Positions 19,844-29,539 of a stretch of DNA of 64,000 bases are shown here, in pieces. Within the stretch, counting starts at the first letter, position 1. Each line of letters begins with the position of its first letter. Both the position numbers and the translations under genes were made by a program. The notes under the pieces are model-generated. The model had not been told where the DNA came from. It was given only the letters and a program-made list of their open reading frames with translations, and did not search any database. The stretch lies in the NCBI GenBank assembly GCA_963796685.1, contig CAWCMR010000009.1:160001-224000 (forward strand), written 5' to 3'. The DNA comes from an uncultured delta proteobacterium (GTDB lineage: Bacteria > Myxococcota_A > Polyangia > Fen-1088).

Positions 19844-21138
19844 GCAACCCTGCCGAGGCTCCTGCGTCCTTTCCCAAACAGCCCCCGAAGGCTTGGCCTG
19901 TTCTCGTTGCTTTGGCCATCGTCGCCATTTTGCTGCTCTCGATGCTGGTTGCCGATCTCATGGTGGCTCGTCGGGTCGCCTCGCGAACCTCGGAGATGGT
20001 CGACGACGAACAGCGGTCCATCGAGCTGGTGGATGACATGCGTGATGACGCCGAGCGCATGGCGTCGCTGGCGCTCTCCGAGGAGGAGTTGGTCGTGGCG
20101 GCGCAGCACATCGCGCTCCACGCGCAAGCCTACGAGCCGCTCACATCCCAGCCCGGCGAGCTCGAGGAGTGGCGCCGCCTGCGCACCAATCTCTCGGACC
20201 TCGAGAGCTTCGTTCGCAAGCACGACTCGTCGGCCATTCCCGCCCGCATCGCGCGCATCCGTTCTTCGGTCCGCCGGCTTGGCGTCATCAACCGCGACGC
20301 TACCCGCAGGCAGGCCAAGGCCATCCGCTCCATCCACCTGCAGGCGATGGCCTTGGACGGGCTCGTGGGGCTCGTGGCGTTGGCCCTGGTCGCCGCGATT
20401 GTCTTGTTCATCCTCCGCGTCTTGGCCAGGCAACGCGCCTTGACCGAGGCACACATCAACCTTCTCTCGGAGCGCAACCGAGAGCTGGACGCGTTTGCCG
20501 AGCGCGCCGCCCACGACCTGCGCGTGCCCTTGAGTCCCATTCGAGGCTATGCGGACCTTCTCATGGCAGGCCGGGAACCTCCCGACAGCGTTCAGCAGAT
20601 GGCGGCGCAGATTCGCCTCGCGGTGGATCAGATGACGCGTGTCGTGGAGAACATGCTCCACATGTCGCGCGCCGGCCGTCTTTCGCCTGGGACCGCATCT
20701 GTCGCGGAAGTCGCGACCGAGGTGCTTCGCGAGCTTCGTCCGCAGTTACTTGGCGCGGAGGTCACCACGTCGCTCTCGGGCGATGTCGTGGCTTGTGCAC
20801 CGAGCGTGCTCGCCCAGATCTTGCGCAATCTCATCACCAACTCCGTCAAGTTCCAGTCCAAGCAACGGCGATTGAGGCTGGCCATGACCACCGTTTCCCA
20901 CCCAAGCGACATCGAATTGATCCTCGATGACAATGGCATCGGGATGAGCGACGAGGACCTTGTCCACGCCTTCGAACCCTACTACCGCGGGAGCGAACAG
21001 CGAGAGGTGCCGGGGCATGGCCTGGGGTTGGCCATTGTCCAAAGGACGATGACCGCGCTCGGCGGCAGCTGTCGACTGGCCCATTCATCCTTGGGTGGGA
21101 CATCCGTCGCGCTGCGCCTTCCGCGCGCTTCGGCCTAG
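19840..21138 (+). CDS. Membrane sensor histidine kinase
   Basis: Two TM segments, AHDLRVPL H-box, NLITNSVKF, DNGIG, GHGLGL; ATGA overlap with the regulator. Confidence 0.93.
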
Positions 21139-22038
21139 AAGCGCCGATGAGGAGCAGCGCAACAGCCATGGCTCGGGGACGTAGCAGGCGACCAGCAGCG
21201 TGCTCATCAGTATCGCGAACCAGATCACCGGCCCGAACATAAGGCCGATGAGCGCGTGCATCGAGAGCCCGAAGAGCACGGCGTAGCGGCGCGTCCAGGG
21301 GAGCGCGAACCAGAGCGGAGCCAGGACCTCGAAGGTCAGCGAGCCATACTGCAGAAGCTGCCACGCCCAGCCGGGTACCGCCCGCGCCAGGAGCCAGGAG
21401 ATCGTCGTTTGATAGTTGTCGTGCAGATGACTCCAGAGCACATCGCCGCCCAGCCAATCGCCTCGCAGCTTGGCGATCCCGGCACCCGAGTACATCGCAC
21501 AAAGGAAGATCTGGAAGAACCGGATGACGCCCCCCCGGACGTGGGTCGGCACGGGCACCTCCGGATGCCACCGCCGATGCAGCCAGGCGTCGATGCCGTA
21601 GCGCGCACCCGATGGGCTCAGGCAGAGCGCAACTGCGATCATCGGCCCGAGCTTGCTAACCGTGAACGCCTCCAGCCTGTCCGCGAGCGCCAGATAAGCC
21701 AGCAGCGCAGCGAACAGCCCGCCTGAGACGCGGGTGAAGAGCCCGGCCGATAGGGCCAGCCCGGTCAGCACGGTCACGACGGCAATCGTCCAGGCAAGCC
21801 CGGGCGACACAGGGGGGATGTAGAGCGGCTGGCGCCAGTCGTGGCCGCCGAGGTAGGGGACCCGAAATCCGACTGTGGAAATCCAATGATCGGCGTGGAC
21901 GAGCCGCGAAGTCTGGAAGAGCAAAAGGACCAGCGGCAACACGATGCGCGCCAGCGCCAGCCGCTGAATCGGTTGCGGCGCATCGATCCAGGCGAGGAGG
22001 CGAGTCCAGGACGTCTTGGGCAACGGCGGGCGTCTCAT
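21085..22038 (-). CDS. HTTM-domain membrane protein (SdpB / gamma-carboxylase-related)
   Basis: LALARI, AGLFTR, YGIDAW, Q....MYSGAGIAKL.GDW..G, FE...PL, H..I.L; overlaps the kinase 3' end convergently. Confidence 0.8.
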   Translation of the reverse strand: MRRPPLPKTSWTRLLAWIDAPQPIQRLALARIVLPLVLLLFQTSRLVHADHWISTVGFRVPYLGGHDWRQPLYIPPVSPGLAWTIAVVTVLTGLALSAGLFTRVSGGLFAALLAYLALADRLEAFTVSKLGPMIAVALCLSPSGARYGIDAWLHRRWHPEVPVPTHVRGGVIRFFQIFLCAMYSGAGIAKLRGDWLGGDVLWSHLHDNYQTTISWLLARAVPGWAWQLLQYGSLTFEVLAPLWFALPWTRRYAVLFGLSMHALIGLMFGPVIWFAILMSTLLVACYVPEPWLLRCSSSALLGRSARKAQRDGCPTQG

Positions 22039-22625
22039 GGTGGACCGGGCTCCTGACAGCGCCGGATCCGCTCGGCGGACGAGGTGACGTACCAGTACTT
22101 CCGCCCGACATCGCGCGGGTAGTCGGTGAGCGGCAGGCGCTGGTATCGCCCCTCGGACGTGCCAGGGGGCGGAATAGGTATCCGCAGGCTCAGTAGCGTG
22201 ACGCCGCCAATCCGGGCCTCGGGGTGGGCACGGTTTTGCTGCTCGACGATGAACGCGTCCAGCGCCTCGAGCACGCGCCGCTGGTGGCGGTGGAAGAACA
22301 TCGCCCGGTAGAAGCGGCTCTCCTTGTCGTCGCGCCGGATAGGAAAGAACGGGCGGATGTCGATCTCCTCGAAATGGCCGGCTTCGCAGAGCCAAGCCTC
22401 GGCGCGGTACTCGATGGAGTCGCGTGCCGCATTCGGAAACAGCGCCGCCTCTTGCACGAAGAATCGGACCGGCAGCGGCAGGATCTTCTCCGCAAGCCTC
22501 AGCCCAACCGCGTCCATCCAGACGAGGAGTGCGTAGAGTCCGCCGAGGACGACGAGCACTCTGCGGACGCGGAGAGGCGTCCACGGCTCGGCCACGACGC
22601 GTCCGTCGGACTTTGCGGCAGGCAT
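22035..22625 (-). CDS. Membrane-anchored partner of the HTTM protein (SdpA/DUF5819-like)
   Basis: N-terminal TM followed by FFVQEAALFP, which resembles the Q-W-x-x-F-A-P motif; ATGA coupling to the HTTM gene. Confidence 0.55.
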   Translation of the reverse strand: MPAAKSDGRVVAEPWTPLRVRRVLVVLGGLYALLVWMDAVGLRLAEKILPLPVRFFVQEAALFPNAARDSIEYRAEAWLCEAGHFEEIDIRPFFPIRRDDKESRFYRAMFFHRHQRRVLEALDAFIVEQQNRAHPEARIGGVTLLSLRIPIPPPGTSEGRYQRLPLTDYPRDVGRKYWYVTSSAERIRRCQEPGPP

Positions 22626-22836
22626 GCGATGGATCTACAACGAAGTCATCTCTTTCGCTGCAACAGGCGACTGCGGACACCGCACAGTATGGCTCGGCGT
22701 GCTGCCGGATTGTGCCAATTGTGAAGCCCGTGTGATCGGAAGAGCCTGCTGGCGGCATCTAACATATTGGCGCACGTCCAGCACATGGACCTGCAAAGGA
22801 CAATCTGACGTCGAGTGAGGAGAGTCCCAAACCCGA

Positions 22837-24258
22837 TCAATTGACGACGACGACGCCGACAGGGACGTTGCCCACGCTGGCGGCGTCGGTGGCATAATTG
22901 CACTGATAGTCCGCCGCGGTTCGCTGTCGCAAAAAATACACCCCCGACTGACTTGGTGCCTTGAACGAAAACGCCCGCGTGGCGACCTCGGTGGGCCCCG
23001 ATGAGCCTCCCGTACCCATGACACAATCGACCCAAGGGCCGTCCTTGCTGACACTGACACCGTCCAATCCCACGTCGGTCGTCAAGATGGCGCCACCCGT
23101 CCCCGAGGAACCATTCCACACTGTTTCGTGGCAAGTCCCCGCTAAAGCCGCACCCTTGCTCACGACAGCGATGGGGCCACCTCCGTTGAGCCGAAGATTG
23201 TCGAAAATACCACCCCAATGGGTGTAGTCCCCGTTGACGGCTACCGTGATGGATCGAACGGCCTCCTGAAACGTCCCAAAATCCGCATACCAGGATAGTG
23301 TCTGCGACGCCACGCCCGCCGTGCCGGGAACGGTCACGAAAGCATAGGTGGGGCCTGCGCTGGCCGTGACCGCTGTCGTCGCAGTGGCTCCCTTGCTGGG
23401 CGTGCTGCCGTCGGTCGTGTAGTAAATCGTCGCGGCCGAAGTGGTTGCAATGCCAAAGGTTACCGGACGAGGAACGGTCCAGCCGAGAATGTTGGGATTG
23501 GGAAAGATGAGGCTCGAGAAGGCCACATCCTGCCATACACAAATTCCGTTCCTGCAAGTGCTCACGCCCGTGGCACCTGTGACACATTGGTTTCCACAAG
23601 AGCCGCAGTCGTTGTTGTCGGTTTGAAGATTGGCACAATACCCTGGTCCGGCGTCGAAAGAGCACAGCGAGGCGCCTGCGCCGCAGGTGACTGCACACAC
23701 CCCATTCAAACAAGCCGTTCCGTCCCCACAGACATTGCCACACGCTCCGCAATTGGAATTGTCGGTTCGCGTGCTCGCACAATAGGAATATCCACCATCA
23801 AGCGCCGCGCACACCGTGCTGTTCACGCCACACCTGGTCGTGCACCTTCCGGCAGTGCAGACGCTGTCACCTGAGCAAGGCGTTCCGGCACTGCCCATAC
23901 CGCTCTCACCACAGCCGGAGCTTGCCCCACAGTAGGTCATGTCGGTGGCTGGATTGACACAAAGGCCGCCGCAGAGAATTTCAACCCCTGCCGTCGTGGC
24001 AGGACAGATAATGGTCGGATAATCGTTCTCGACGTCCAAGGCACCCGTGTCGTAGACCGCAGGCGCGTCCACCCGGTCCACACCATCGTTGCCGTCCACG
24101 CTGGCATCGACGCCACCGTCGATGCCACCGTCGATGCCTTCGGGCCGAGAACGAAGCTCGTCGTGCTCGAACGTACAGCTCGCCCCCGTCATGCCTAGGA
24201 CGGCGCACAGAACACCGGACAGAAGACCTCTGCTCTGAAATGTGCATGTCGTCTTCAT
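22837..24258 (-). CDS. Cys-rich repeat lipoprotein with Fn3-associated/chitobiase-like module
   Basis: GASC lipobox; C...tD..NCG.CGN.C repeats; TIYYTTDGSTP. Confidence 0.8.
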   Translation of the reverse strand: MKTTCTFQSRGLLSGVLCAVLGMTGASCTFEHDELRSRPEGIDGGIDGGVDASVDGNDGVDRVDAPAVYDTGALDVENDYPTIICPATTAGVEILCGGLCVNPATDMTYCGASSGCGESGMGSAGTPCSGDSVCTAGRCTTRCGVNSTVCAALDGGYSYCASTRTDNSNCGACGNVCGDGTACLNGVCAVTCGAGASLCSFDAGPGYCANLQTDNNDCGSCGNQCVTGATGVSTCRNGICVWQDVAFSSLIFPNPNILGWTVPRPVTFGIATTSAATIYYTTDGSTPSKGATATTAVTASAGPTYAFVTVPGTAGVASQTLSWYADFGTFQEAVRSITVAVNGDYTHWGGIFDNLRLNGGGPIAVVSKGAALAGTCHETVWNGSSGTGGAILTTDVGLDGVSVSKDGPWVDCVMGTGGSSGPTEVATRAFSFKAPSQSGVYFLRQRTAADYQCNYATDAASVGNVPVGVVVVN

Positions 24259-24260
24259 GA

Positions 24261-25229
24261 TTAGAACTCCACCTTGGCGAGCATGCCCTTGCTTTCACCC
24301 AGCATCGGCGCTACCGCGACGGCGTGGTCCTCGACGAAGAACAGAACCCCTGCCGTCACCGCTGCCGCTCCCGCCAGACCCCACAAGACATTGGCCGTTG
24401 TCATGCGCGTCTGAAGCGCATTGATATCGCCTTCACTACACCCCGTCCCATTCGCGCTGGCTCTTCCGCAAGATTTCTTGAGGTCGTTGAACCTCGAGTT
24501 GGCAAGCCCGCCAACGATGGCGGCCGACCCCGCCAGGGCCACAGCCGACCCTGCGGCTACCCAGGTCCATTTCCTTCCCAGCCACCAGCCCGGCTCGGCT
24601 TGCGAAGCTGGTTTTGCCTGGGCGGCGACAGCCTCTGTCCCGAGCTGCAGCGGCGCCGCCGAGACCGGCAGCACCGCTTTGGGTACTTGAATGACGACCG
24701 ACAGGAGCGTGCCTGCCCTGACCTCCGGGTTCTCGACGACGATCGGGGCCCCCGGGTACGTGGCGAGGATCTGGTGACGGCCCGGCGTGGCCCAGGTGTC
24801 GACCGACAAGGGTGTCTGTCCGAGGCGCTTGCCGTCCATGCTGACCTCCGTGCCGGCGCGTGTGCACTCGATGCGAACCCGTCCCAGCTTCCTTCGCAAG
24901 ACCTCCATCGAGGTTTGGGCATCTTCAAGCGCGCCCTTCGAGGCATCGGACGGAAGGGCGACGAACTTCTCGAATGCGCTCAGCGCTTCGACAGGCCTAC
25001 CGAGGTCGCGATTGGCTTGGCCAATGTTGAACCACAGTTTGGGCGAAGGAAAGGCCGCGTATGCAGCCTCGAACGCTTGGAGCGCACCTACGTAATCACC
25101 CTTTCTGTAGAGGGAGGTTCCCTCTCCCACCAGGGTTTTGGCCTTGGCTTTGCTCTCGATTTCCTTGGCGGGTGTCGCGGATTGTGCCAACCAGGCGAAA
25201 AGGACAAGGGAAGTTGTAGTCAGGGTCAT
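24261..25229 (-). CDS. TPR + PEGA domain protein
   Basis: Signal peptide; GDY.GAL.AFEAAY...P.P.L.FNIG TPR; V.MDGK.LG.TP.......PGRH PEGA; C-terminal hydrophobic helices. Confidence 0.85.
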   Translation of the reverse strand: MTLTTTSLVLFAWLAQSATPAKEIESKAKAKTLVGEGTSLYRKGDYVGALQAFEAAYAAFPSPKLWFNIGQANRDLGRPVEALSAFEKFVALPSDASKGALEDAQTSMEVLRRKLGRVRIECTRAGTEVSMDGKRLGQTPLSVDTWATPGRHQILATYPGAPIVVENPEVRAGTLLSVVIQVPKAVLPVSAAPLQLGTEAVAAQAKPASQAEPGWWLGRKWTWVAAGSAVALAGSAAIVGGLANSRFNDLKKSCGRASANGTGCSEGDINALQTRMTTANVLWGLAGAAAVTAGVLFFVEDHAVAVAPMLGESKGMLAKVEF

Positions 25230-26617
25230 AGGTCCTCGATGAGTTTCCGCTCGACCTTGGGCCGAGACGACGGCGACGATGCGGCAGGGCCCCCCGCATT
25301 TCCTGGACGGGCTGGCCCCTTGGCTTTGTTCTGGCGGGAACGTGCTGTCTTGCTGCCCGGCCGTTCCTCGACGGTCGGCTTTTCTGCGCCGGCAGATGCT
25401 GCCGCAGGCACCTGGGGTGGTTCGGCCGACCTGGCCGGCGGGACGGGCAGCGCGGCTTGCTCCGGTTGCGCCGCAGGTCTCGCAAGGTCAGGAGCAGTTG
25501 GCGCGGAAATCGGGAAGGGACTCGGCCGGGGACGAAGCAGAAGAAATCCGGTTCCCAGAAGCGCGAGGAGCAGGCCGCCAGCCGCGGCCCAGATCCATCG
25601 GAGCCGTGACGCAGGGAGGGCGAGCCTGCTGCCCAGCTCGCCCGCGGTTTGCGTGAAGGTGGTGGGCTTCTTCGCCGCCGGGCTGTCTCTCGACACGGGC
25701 AAGAGCTCGGTCTTCGGCGAAGGCGCAACCGCACCGAGCCCACCAGCCTTCCCCGATACGCTGAGATCAAGCGCGGAGGCAAAAGCGCTCACGCTGGGAA
25801 AACGGTCGGCTTTCTTCTTGGATAGTGCGCGACGAAGGACGTCTTCGACTTCGGGCGAAAGGCCGGGAACCTTTGGCGTGAGCGGCGGGGCCGGTTCGTG
25901 TACGACCTGGAAGAGGAGGGACGGAACATTCTCGCCGATGAAGGGCGCGCTGCCCGACAGACACTCCCAGGTGATGCACGCGAGGGCCCACTGGTCGGTG
26001 CGATCGTCGATCTCGTCGATAGCGCCCAACGCCTGCTCCGGAGACATGTAGTCCGGCGTGCCCATCACCGATTCAGCTCGGGTGAGCTTGGTCGTGGCCG
26101 CGCGAACTTTGCTGATCCCGAAGTCGAGCACCTTGACGAAGTCGGCCTCCTCGGCAGCTGCCAACAAATAGATGTTGGCGGGCTTGAGGTCGCGGTGAAC
26201 GATCTTCTTGGCGTGGGTGGCGGCCAAGGCCGATGCGACCTGCTTGATGATGCGAAGGGTACTGGTGGGCGACAGGCGCCGGTCGCGGCGGAGGCGCTGG
26301 TCGAGATCCTCGCCTTCCAGGAACTCCATGACCAGAAAGGGTTCACCTGTCGGCATGCTGCTGAAATCGAAGACCTGCACGATATGCGGATGGCCGAGGC
26401 CGCTGGTTACCAGGGCTTCGCGGTGGAAGCGAAGCAGGGCCTCGTGGTTTTCGGCCAATTCGCGCGCCATCACCTTGACCGCGACGCGCTTGCCAAGGCG
26501 AAGATGCGTCGCCGTGTAGACCGCGCCCATGCCGCCCTTGCCGAGGAGACCTTCGATACGATAAGCCCCTTCGAGGACGGTTCCCATCAAAGCTTCGGCC
26601 GATTGGTCGTGCGGCAT
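25226..26617 (-). CDS. Hanks-type Ser/Thr protein kinase with TM segment
   Basis: LGKGGMGAVY, VAVK, HRDLKPAN, DFG, GTPDYMSPEQ, DQWAL; TM followed by a Pro-rich tail. Confidence 0.95.
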   Translation of the reverse strand: MPHDQSAEALMGTVLEGAYRIEGLLGKGGMGAVYTATHLRLGKRVAVKVMARELAENHEALLRFHREALVTSGLGHPHIVQVFDFSSMPTGEPFLVMEFLEGEDLDQRLRRDRRLSPTSTLRIIKQVASALAATHAKKIVHRDLKPANIYLLAAAEEADFVKVLDFGISKVRAATTKLTRAESVMGTPDYMSPEQALGAIDEIDDRTDQWALACITWECLSGSAPFIGENVPSLLFQVVHEPAPPLTPKVPGLSPEVEDVLRRALSKKKADRFPSVSAFASALDLSVSGKAGGLGAVAPSPKTELLPVSRDSPAAKKPTTFTQTAGELGSRLALPASRLRWIWAAAGGLLLALLGTGFLLLRPRPSPFPISAPTAPDLARPAAQPEQAALPVPPARSAEPPQVPAAASAGAEKPTVEERPGSKTARSRQNKAKGPARPGNAGGPAASSPSSRPKVERKLIEDL

Positions 26618-26747
26618 GATCTTGGACGCTCGTTGTCGCAGGTCGTTTTTCTGGTAATTAGCATAGAAAATGACGCTTTGGGGAACCGATTGTCCCTCCC
26701 GCTTCGGGCTTGTCCCAAACCTGCGGCGAGCTCGGGCGTATCTCCGT

Positions 26748-28019
26748 TCAGGGTGCGCCGCTGCCCGATGCCAGTCGGAGCTGTCTGCGCGCATTGAGCA
26801 GGTCGCCGTCCGCCTGGATGCGTGCAACCTCGGCGGCGAGGGCATCCCGATCGGCTTGCAGCAGATCGAGCTGCGTGGTCTCCCCGGAACGATAGCGCGC
26901 CCGCGCGATGTCCGCCGCCCGTGCGCTGGCGATCGACTGCGCGCGGGCGGATTGGCTGCGAGCGATGTCGGCTTCGATGGTACGGAAGGCTTGCTCGATG
27001 GCATCGCTGACGGTCAGTCGTACCTCTTCTTCACGCGCTTTGGCTGCGAGCACCTCGGCGTTCCGTGCCCGGATCGCGGGGCCGGTACCGAAGTCGAGGC
27101 CCCAGGCAAGGGTCAAGCTCGCCGCGTAGGCTTCGTGGTTTCCATTGAGAAACCCGGTCGCGTTGGTGTAGCGCTCGACCAGGGCAGCCCCGAGGGTCGG
27201 CACCAGTGCGAGGCGTTGGGCCGAGGCGTTGCGTTGCGCCGCTTCGCGGCCTGTGGCTGCGGCCACCACCGAGGGGGTCGCCGACGTGCCGGCCAGGAAT
27301 TGGTCGAGTGGCGGCTCGGCATGCAAATCGTCGACCAGCTCGGGTGGCGTCGCAACCTCGGGGCGAATGCCGGTTCTCGAGGTGAGGGCCTGCGCCGTCA
27401 GGCTCACCGCCAGCTCGGCCCCGATGACCTGCTGGCTGCGCTGCTCGACTTCGGCGCGCGCGCGGGACACGTCCAGGGCGGCCGCGGTTCCAGCGCCCGC
27501 AGCTGCCTCGGTCAGCTTCAGATCCACCCGCGTCACCTCGAGCGCCTTGCGTGCAACCGCCACGAGCGCGAGATCCGCGGCCAGCTGATAGTAAAGCTGA
27601 ACCACCTCCGCCTCGACCGCACGGGCGGTGGCGTCCTGTTGGTGGTAGGCCGCCTCCGCGGCCTGATGGGCCGCCGAGATGCGCGCAAACTTCGCCAAAT
27701 CCACGAGCGGCACCGAAAGCGTGACCGCTGCGTCGAGCTCATTGCGGGGAAGGACAGCCAGCCCGGAGAAGCTCACGTCCCACTGGTTGCGGGTGTAGGT
27801 GGCCGCGGCCGTCAGTCCGGGCAGGGCACGCGCAAAGGCCTCCGCGGCCTGTGCGTCGGCGGCCGCGCGGCTCGCGCGAACCTCCTGATTGCGAGGATTG
27901 TGGACACGCGCGCTCGCCACGAAGTCGTCGAGTGGCTGCAAGGCCGAGGCCGAAGACGGCAAGCCGGTGGTTACAAGGATTGATGCCAGCAGTGTCTTGT
28001 TGATGGTTCTTTTGTTCAC
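26748..28019 (-). CDS. TolC-family outer-membrane efflux protein
   Basis: Signal peptide, A...NP motif, two OEP-like helical repeats (Y..G....LDLLQA). Confidence 0.85.
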   Translation of the reverse strand: MNKRTINKTLLASILVTTGLPSSASALQPLDDFVASARVHNPRNQEVRASRAAADAQAAEAFARALPGLTAAATYTRNQWDVSFSGLAVLPRNELDAAVTLSVPLVDLAKFARISAAHQAAEAAYHQQDATARAVEAEVVQLYYQLAADLALVAVARKALEVTRVDLKLTEAAAGAGTAAALDVSRARAEVEQRSQQVIGAELAVSLTAQALTSRTGIRPEVATPPELVDDLHAEPPLDQFLAGTSATPSVVAAATGREAAQRNASAQRLALVPTLGAALVERYTNATGFLNGNHEAYAASLTLAWGLDFGTGPAIRARNAEVLAAKAREEEVRLTVSDAIEQAFRTIEADIARSQSARAQSIASARAADIARARYRSGETTQLDLLQADRDALAAEVARIQADGDLLNARRQLRLASGSGAP

Positions 28020-28031
28020 AGACGTTTGCGA

Positions 28032-28047
28032 TGCAACCCGGGGGCCG
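28032..28047 (-). promoter_or_regulatory. sigma54 promoter of the tolC-like gene
   Basis: CGGCCCCCGGGTTGCA on the minus strand (GG-N10-GC). Confidence 0.65.
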
Positions 28048-28088
28048 GACCGACGAGGCGAGAGATCGGTGCGCTTGCGCCCCAGGCC

Positions 28089-28125
28089 TGTCGAAAAACC
28101 GGCGGGTGTTGTCGTTCTTTACACC
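28089..28125. promoter_or_regulatory. Putative tandem UAS (TGTC-N8-GACA-like)
   Basis: TGTC at 28089 and 28110 (21-bp period); shares GGTGTTGTC with the mexE-like upstream region. Confidence 0.45.
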
Positions 28126-28158
28126 TGCCGGACTCCCTGCCGAGCGGCCGCCCGCTTT

Positions 28159-29529
28159 TCAACCGATAAGACCGTACTTGTGCAGCTTCTCGATGAGCGC
28201 CGGGCGTGAGACCCCGAGACGCCGGGCAGTTTCACTTTGGTTGTTCTTGGTGGCGGTGAACTGCTCGGCGATGATGGAGCGCTCGAAGCTCTCCACGCGT
28301 GTACGAAGCGGGTGGTTGGCGCCAGGGTCGGGGCTCGACGAGGAGGCGTCGCCGTTCGGGCGAGGCTCGGACAGCGACCGCCACAGCTCCAGCGACACCC
28401 GCTCATCGGGCGCCAGGGCCAAGAGCCGCGCGATCGTGTTCTCCAGCTCGCGCACGTTGCCAGGCCAAGGGTGTGTCTTCATGGCCGCGACGAGCGCCGG
28501 CTCGACCTGGACCGGGTCCATTCCATAACGTTCCACGTACTGGCGAATGAACACGGCGATGAGCGGCTCGATGTCCTCCTGTCGCTCGCGCAGCGTGGGA
28601 ACTCTTATGGGAACCACGTTCAGACGATAGAAGAGATCCTCGCGAAAGCGACCCGCCGCCGCTTCGGCCGCCAGATCGCGGTTGGTCGCCGCCACCAGAC
28701 GGACGTCCACCGTCTCGGGGCGGCCACCCACCGGCTGCACCTCCCCGGACTGCAACGCGCGCAGGATCTTGGCTTGAATCGCCTGGGGCAAGTCGCCGAT
28801 CTCGTCGATGAACAGGGTGCCGCCCTGGGCCTGCTGGAAGTAGCCGAGCTTCGCCGACTGCGCCCCCGTGAACGCGCCCTTGGTGTGGCCGAACAGCTCC
28901 GCCTCGGCCAGCTCGGTCGGGATGGCAGCCGCGTTGAAGCGAACGAAGGGCTTGTCCGCGCGCCGCGAGTGAGCATGGAGGGCGGTGGCCACCACCTCTT
29001 TGCCGGCTCCGCTCGGTCCGGTCAAAAGCACGGTTACGTCTTTCGGGGCCACGCGCGCCACCACGTCGAGAACTCGATGCATGGCCGGGCTCTGCGCGAC
29101 GATGACCCGCCCCAGCGTGTTCTGGGTGCGCAAGAGCGCGTTCTGCACGCGCAAGGAGCGCGCCTCGATCGCCCGCTTGAGGGCGAGCGCGACTTCGTCG
29201 GGATCGAAGGGCTTGGGCAGATAGTCGTAGGCGCCCGCCTTCATCGCGGTGACCGCGACGCGCTCCGAGCCGTGCGCGGTGAGCATCAGGACCGGAACGC
29301 CGGGATCCTGCGCGCGCAGCCTCTCCAGCACGCGCAGCCCATCCATGTCGGGCATCGCCAGATCGGTCAAGACGGCGTCCGCGCCCCGGGCCTCGAAAGC
29401 GAGCAGGCCATCCGGACCGCTGGCGCAGGATTCGACGGTCAGTCCGGCGTCTCCCAACACGGCCTCGAGCGCGAAGCGCAGGGAAGCATCGTCGTCGATC
29501 ACCAAAACCCGCCCAGAGACTTGTTCCAT
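28159..29529 (-). CDS. sigma54-dependent response regulator
   Basis: IDDD, DLAMP, GPSGAGKE, GAFTGA, FIDEIG, WPGNVREL, HTH. Confidence 0.95.
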   Translation of the reverse strand: MEQVSGRVLVIDDDASLRFALEAVLGDAGLTVESCASGPDGLLAFEARGADAVLTDLAMPDMDGLRVLERLRAQDPGVPVLMLTAHGSERVAVTAMKAGAYDYLPKPFDPDEVALALKRAIEARSLRVQNALLRTQNTLGRVIVAQSPAMHRVLDVVARVAPKDVTVLLTGPSGAGKEVVATALHAHSRRADKPFVRFNAAAIPTELAEAELFGHTKGAFTGAQSAKLGYFQQAQGGTLFIDEIGDLPQAIQAKILRALQSGEVQPVGGRPETVDVRLVAATNRDLAAEAAAGRFREDLFYRLNVVPIRVPTLRERQEDIEPLIAVFIRQYVERYGMDPVQVEPALVAAMKTHPWPGNVRELENTIARLLALAPDERVSLELWRSLSEPRPNGDASSSSPDPGANHPLRTRVESFERSIIAEQFTATKNNQSETARRLGVSRPALIEKLHKYGLIG

Positions 29530-29539
29530 GGATTTCACT

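Noticed and set aside
22660-22690. GCAACA-N17-CACAGTAT resembling the ECF motif
   Set aside because: Spacing and first base differ, and it points away from any gene start.
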